A DNA stretch of 35,646 nucleotides. Origin: Candidatus Woesearchaeota archaeon (GTDB taxonomy: Archaea; Nanobdellota; Nanobdellia; Pacearchaeales; GW2011-AR1). The stretch covers positions 1 to 35,646 of the forward strand of contig CAZAAB010000002.1 of NCBI GenBank assembly GCA_964483015.1, read 5' to 3'. The notes under the pieces are model-generated. The model ran no database searches, was not told the origin of the DNA, and worked only from the letters and a program-made list of their open reading frames with translations. Shown here piece after piece: positions 31,744 through 35,646 of this stretch. Position 1 is the stretch's first letter. The number at the start of each line of letters is the position of its first letter. Made by a program: the position numbers and the translations under genes.

Positions 31744-32676
31744 ATGTATGATTTAATCATAATTGGTGCTGGGCCAGCTGGCATAACTGCTGCTATATAT
31801 GCCTCAAGGCAGAAATTAAAATTCTTAATCCTTGGTTTGGATATTGGTGGCCAGGTTTCGTGGAGCTCAGATGTTGAAAATTACCCTGCAGAACCCCACT
31901 TAACTGGTTTAGAACTAACTAAAAAGCTAGAAAAACATTTAGAAAAGTATAATGTAAATGTAAGACAGGAAGAAGTTGTTAAGTTGAAAAAAAAGAAAAA
32001 GAAGTGTGTAGTAAAGACAAAAAAAAGAGAGTATGAAAGCAAGGCAGTAATAATTGCTTCAGGTAAAAAACCAAAAAAATTGAATGTTGAGGGGGAAAAT
32101 AAGTTTATAGGCAGGGGTGTAAGTTATTGTGCTACTTGCGATGGAACTTTTTTTAAAAATAAAAAAGTTGCAGTTTTAGGCGGTGGTAATTCTGCTTTAG
32201 AATCAGCCTTGTTCTTGTCTAAATATGCTAAAAAAGTCTACTTATTAGATATTAAGAAAAAGCTGAAAGGAGCACCTTACTTAAGAAACAAGGTAGAAAA
32301 AAAGAAAAAGATTAAACATATAAATAAAGCTTTTACTAGGAAGATTGAGGGAAAGAAAAAAGTGAACAAGATTATATATGAAAAAAATGGAATAAAGCGA
32401 GAATTAAAAGTTGAAGGTATTTTTATTGAAATAGGGCTTGTTTCTAAATCGGATTTTACAAATGTAAAGAAGAATAAGTGGGGAGAAATTAAAATTCATA
32501 GAAGTACAAGAACAAACGAGGAAAACATGACTAATGTTGAAGGTGTTTATGCTGCAGGAGATGTAACTGATATACCGGCAAAACAAATTGTTGCAGCTGC
32601 TGGTGAAGGATGTAAAGCTGCTCTTGCTTCATTTGATTATATACATAAGTGGGATAAAAAATATGAAGACGATTAA
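31744..32676 (+). CDS. trxB: Thioredoxin-disulfide reductase
   Basis: YDLIIIGAGPAGITAAIYA, redox-active CATCDG, GGGNSALE, GDVTD. 310 aa. Confidence 0.9.
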   Translation: MYDLIIIGAGPAGITAAIYASRQKLKFLILGLDIGGQVSWSSDVENYPAEPHLTGLELTKKLEKHLEKYNVNVRQEEVVKLKKKKKKCVVKTKKREYESKAVIIASGKKPKKLNVEGENKFIGRGVSYCATCDGTFFKNKKVAVLGGGNSALESALFLSKYAKKVYLLDIKKKLKGAPYLRNKVEKKKKIKHINKAFTRKIEGKKKVNKIIYEKNGIKRELKVEGIFIEIGLVSKSDFTNVKKNKWGEIKIHRSTRTNEENMTNVEGVYAAGDVTDIPAKQIVAAAGEGCKAALASFDYIHKWDKKYEDD

Positions 32677-33820
32677 AACATTAAATGACTTAAATTTCAA
32701 AGATAAAACAGTTTTGTTAAGGGCAGATATTAATTCTCCTGTTGTTAAAAAAAAGATAAAAATGTCTAAAAGAATTAAACAAGCAGTTAAAACTATTGAG
32801 CAGTTAAAAGATAAAAAAGCTAGAATTGTCGTTCTTGCACACCAGGGCAGGCCTGGAAAACCTGACTTTCTTTCATTAAAACAGCACTCAAAAATGATAA
32901 ATAAAAAAACTAAAATTAAATTTGTAAATGATGTTATTGGTAAAAAAGCTGTTGATAATATTAAGAAATTAAAAAAAGGTGATGCAATACTTTTAGATAA
33001 TGTTAGAAAAGAAAAAGATGAATTTAGTCCAGGTAAAAACAACAAGATTGTTGCTACCTTGCTTCCTTTAATTGATATTTATGTTAATGATGCTTTTTCT
33101 GTCTGCCATAGAAATCACACAAGCATTGTTTCTTTTGCTAAAAAACTGCCTTCTTGTGTTGGCAGGATTATGGAAAAAGAGTTAAAAGCTGTTAAAAAGA
33201 TTAACTTAAAAAATTGTTTGTATATTTTAGGTGGGGCAAAGCCAGAAGACAACATTAAACTGTTAGATAAAAATGTTATTGCCTGCGGGTTGTTTGGGCA
33301 GTGCTGTGTTATTGCTAAAGGCAAAAAATTGGGAAAGCAGAATGAGTTTTTAGAGAATAAGATTAACAATTTTAAGTCTATAATTGAAAAGTTGAAGAAA
33401 AAATTAAAAAGTAATGTTAAAATGCCTGAGGATTTTGCTGTTGAAAAAAAGGGCAAAAGAGTAGAATTAAATGTTGATGAATTTCCAAGCAAGTATGAAA
33501 TCTTTGATATAGGTATTAAAAGTCAAGAAAAATTTGTTGAAAATATTAAAAAAGCTAAGTCAGTTTATATGAAAGGCCCGGCTGGTTATTGTGAAAAAGA
33601 AAAGTTTTGTAAAGGCACATTGAGAATATTAAAAGCTGTTTCAAATATAAAAGGTTTCTCTTTAATTGGTGGGGGTCACTTATCTGAAGTAATAGAAAAG
33701 TATAAAATAGGTGATAATTTTAGTCATGTAAGCTTGGCAGGGGGTGCTTTACTAAGTTATATAGCTGGTGAAAAGCTTCCTGGTATTGAAGCATTAAAAA
33801 AAGGAGGTAAAAATGCCTAA
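32663..33820 (+). CDS. pgk: Phosphoglycerate kinase
   Basis: Starts MKTIKTLNDLNFKDKTVLLRADINSP; also contains AHQGRPG and GGG...SLAGGA. The track's 32588 start lies inside trxB. The ATG at 32663 gives a 14-nt overlap. Confidence 0.9.
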   Translation: MKTIKTLNDLNFKDKTVLLRADINSPVVKKKIKMSKRIKQAVKTIEQLKDKKARIVVLAHQGRPGKPDFLSLKQHSKMINKKTKIKFVNDVIGKKAVDNIKKLKKGDAILLDNVRKEKDEFSPGKNNKIVATLLPLIDIYVNDAFSVCHRNHTSIVSFAKKLPSCVGRIMEKELKAVKKINLKNCLYILGGAKPEDNIKLLDKNVIACGLFGQCCVIAKGKKLGKQNEFLENKINNFKSIIEKLKKKLKSNVKMPEDFAVEKKGKRVELNVDEFPSKYEIFDIGIKSQEKFVENIKKAKSVYMKGPAGYCEKEKFCKGTLRILKAVSNIKGFSLIGGGHLSEVIEKYKIGDNFSHVSLAGGALLSYIAGEKLPGIEALKKGGKNA

Positions 33821-33938
33821 AGAAGAAAAGCAAGAAGAGCAAAAAGAACAAGTTGAAGAGGGTGGAAAAGGAAAATGGTGGATATGGCTTATAATCGCTA
33901 TTATTGCTACAGCTGTTATTTTATATCTTGTTTTGTAA
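33813..33938 (+). CDS. 41-aa tail-anchored micro-protein (acidic N-terminus, one TM helix)
   Basis: MPKEEKQEEQKEQVEEGGKGKWWIWLIIAIIATAVILYLVL. A perfect AAGGAGGT at 33801-33808 lies 4 nt before the ATG. It overlaps the pgk stop and is not in the track. Confidence 0.45.
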   Translation: MPKEEKQEEQKEQVEEGGKGKWWIWLIIAIIATAVILYLVL

Positions 33939-33988
33939 TAAAAAAAGATTTATTAAGCAGAAGATTTTGCTAATGGTATTGTTAAAAA

Positions 33989-34879
33989 ATGTTTGATATT
34001 GTAAGCTTTGGTTCAGCTACTGTTGATATTTTTGTGAATACAGGCTTAGCTGAGAAAAATAAGAAAATTAGTTATCCTGTAGGTAGTAAAATATTGTTAA
34101 AAAGCTTAAAGTTTGATATTGGGGGCGGGGGTACTAACACTGCTGTGGCTTTTTCAAGATTAGGATTAAAAACAGGGTATATAGGCAAGATTGGTGAAAA
34201 GTCAAAAGAAAAAATTCTTTCTCTTTTAAAAAAAGAAAAAGTTAAGTTCTTAGGCAAGGCAGAGAAGGGTATTTCGGGCCACTCAATTATTCTTGACAGC
34301 AAGGAGAATAACAGGACCATACTAACTTATAAAGGTATTAACAATAATCTAACATTAAAAGAAATTAAAATTCCGAAAACAAAATGGCTATATTTTTCTT
34401 CTTTGCTTGGAAAATCTTTTGAAAGTCAGAAAAAGCTTGCTAAAAAAATGGAAAAAACAAAACTTGCATTCAACCCTTCTGAGTACTTGATAAAAAAAGA
34501 AAACATTCTTCCTTTACTAAAATTAACCTCTATTTTAATATTAAATAAGCAAGAAGCAGAACTAATATTAAAAGAAAAAAAGAAAATTAAGAAATTGTTG
34601 AAAAACTTGCATAGGTTAGGTCCTGAAATTATTGTGATTACTGATAAAAATAAAAAAGTTATGGCATATGATTCAAAAAACAACAAGTTTTACAGTGAAA
34701 AGCCCCATAAAATTAAGGTTAAAGAAAGAACCGGGGCTGGAGATGCTTTTGCAGCAGGTTTTGTAGCTGGCATTATAGAGGGGAAGAAGGTTAAAGAAAG
34801 TTTAAAGTTGGGAATTAAAGAAGCTGAAGCTGTTATAAGATATTTTGGGGCAAAAAATAATTTGTTGAAAAGAAAATGA
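33989..34879 (+). CDS. PfkB/ribokinase-family sugar or nucleoside kinase
   Basis: GGGGTNTAVAFSRLG and TGAGDAFAAGF signatures. Its stop overlaps the aldolase ATG (ATGA). Confidence 0.8.
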   Translation: MFDIVSFGSATVDIFVNTGLAEKNKKISYPVGSKILLKSLKFDIGGGGTNTAVAFSRLGLKTGYIGKIGEKSKEKILSLLKKEKVKFLGKAEKGISGHSIILDSKENNRTILTYKGINNNLTLKEIKIPKTKWLYFSSLLGKSFESQKKLAKKMEKTKLAFNPSEYLIKKENILPLLKLTSILILNKQEAELILKEKKKIKKLLKNLHRLGPEIIVITDKNKKVMAYDSKNNKFYSEKPHKIKVKERTGAGDAFAAGFVAGIIEGKKVKESLKLGIKEAEAVIRYFGAKNNLLKRK

Positions 34880-35625
34880 AAAAAATTAGTTTGAAAAAAA
34901 TAACCAGAAAAGGTCTGGCTTTATTCTTAGCATATGATCAGGGTTTAGAGCATGGCCCTAAAGATTTTAATGATGAAAATGTTGATCCAGATTATATACT
35001 AGAAATAGCTGAAAAAGGAGGGTTTACCGGCATTATTTTACAGAAAGGGATAGCTGAAAAATACAGTAAAGAGATAAAGAATTTGCCATTAATTATGAAG
35101 TTGAATGGCAAAACTAATCTGGTTAAAGGTGAACCAGTATCAAGGCAGTTGTGTTCTATTGATGAAGCTTTAGATTTAAATGCCAAAGCTGTTGGCTATA
35201 CTATCTATCTTGGCAGTAAACATGAATCTGTAATGTTGAAAGAGTTTGAAAAAATTCAGGAAAAAGCCCACAATAAAAACCTGCCAGTGATTGCATGGAT
35301 TTATCCCAGAGGCAAGTCAGTTAAAAATAGAAGCAAGAAAGAATTGATGGCTTACTCAGCAAGAACAGGTTTAGAATTGGGTGCAGATATAATTAAAATC
35401 AAATATAATGGCAGAAAAAAAGACTTAAAATGGGCTGTTGAAAATGCGGGAAAGACAAAAGTTGTTGTTGCTGGCGGTTTAAAAAAGCGGGAGAAGAAAT
35501 TTTTAAGTCAGGTCAAAGATATTATGAATGCTGGCTGTATAGGTTTAGCAGTAGGCAGAAATATATGGCAGAGTAAGAAACCTTTAAAAATTGCAGAAAA
35601 GGTTGGAAAAATAATCTGGAACTAG
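34876..35625 (+). CDS. Class I fructose-bisphosphate aldolase (archaeal DhnA/FbaB type)
   Basis: 249 aa with LAYDQGLEHGP, DIIKIKY (Schiff-base Lys region), VVVAGG and GLAVGRNIWQ. Confidence 0.85.
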   Translation: MKKISLKKITRKGLALFLAYDQGLEHGPKDFNDENVDPDYILEIAEKGGFTGIILQKGIAEKYSKEIKNLPLIMKLNGKTNLVKGEPVSRQLCSIDEALDLNAKAVGYTIYLGSKHESVMLKEFEKIQEKAHNKNLPVIAWIYPRGKSVKNRSKKELMAYSARTGLELGADIIKIKYNGRKKDLKWAVENAGKTKVVVAGGLKKREKKFLSQVKDIMNAGCIGLAVGRNIWQSKKPLKIAEKVGKIIWN

Positions 35626-35646
35626 AACTTTTAAAAAAAGTTCTAG
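35622..35646 (+). terminator. Perfect 11-bp palindromic hairpin that includes the aldolase TAG stop
   Basis: CTAGAACTTTT-AAA-AAAAGTTCTAG. It runs to the end of the window, so any downstream T-run cannot be seen. Confidence 0.35.

Noticed and set aside
32588-32662. An upstream start for pgk that would give a 25-aa hydrophobic N-terminal extension inside trxB.
   Set aside because: The PGK homology begins at MKTIKTLNDL (ATG 32663). The extension is the trxB C-terminal region read in another frame.

Overview
This is an AT-rich archaeal chromosome segment (about one-third GC by eye). Gene packing is tight, with many ATGA or 4-14 nt overlaps, which fits a small DPANN-type genome (Woese-/Pace-/Nanoarchaeota-like). 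That placement is inferred from gene content and composition only. The first ~16 kb holds the archaeal transcription/translation super-operon: rpoH-rpoB-rpoA-nusA-rps12-rps7-EF-2-EF-1alpha. It departs from the usual layout in several ways. rpoA is one unsplit ORF, rpl30e and rps10 are absent from their usual slots, EF-2 carries a 491-aa LAGLIDADG intein, and five orphan ORFs sit between genes that are normally adjacent. One of these orphans is flanked by an in-frame duplicate of the rps7 3' end. Downstream lie archaeal DnaG, an endonuclease IV-like gene, an AbrB-like regulator and an acidic surface protein. Next comes an SMC-head ATPase on the minus strand. It carries a second LAGLIDADG intein at the equivalent P-loop position, and its coiled coil has a central CxxC instead of a recognisable hinge. 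After it come RNase HII, a short island of small membrane ORFs between two tRNAs, a frameshifted UMPH-1-type nucleotidase and a PC4-like protein. The window ends with a glycolytic cluster: class I GAPDH, trxB, pgk, a PfkB kinase and a class I FBP aldolase. There are three tRNAs: Lys(UUU) with a 79-nt intron, an initiator-type Met(CAU) with a ~31-32 nt insertion in the T arm, and Ser(GCU). A family of short AU-rich hairpin-plus-tail repeats is scattered across the window. One 30-nt member is shared between the tRNA-Lys intron and the rpoB-rpoA spacer. There is no CRISPR array, rRNA, transposase or recognisable defence system. The best candidates for novelty are the hinge-less CxxC SMC, the rps7-end duplication around an orphan ORF, and the intron-like repeat family.
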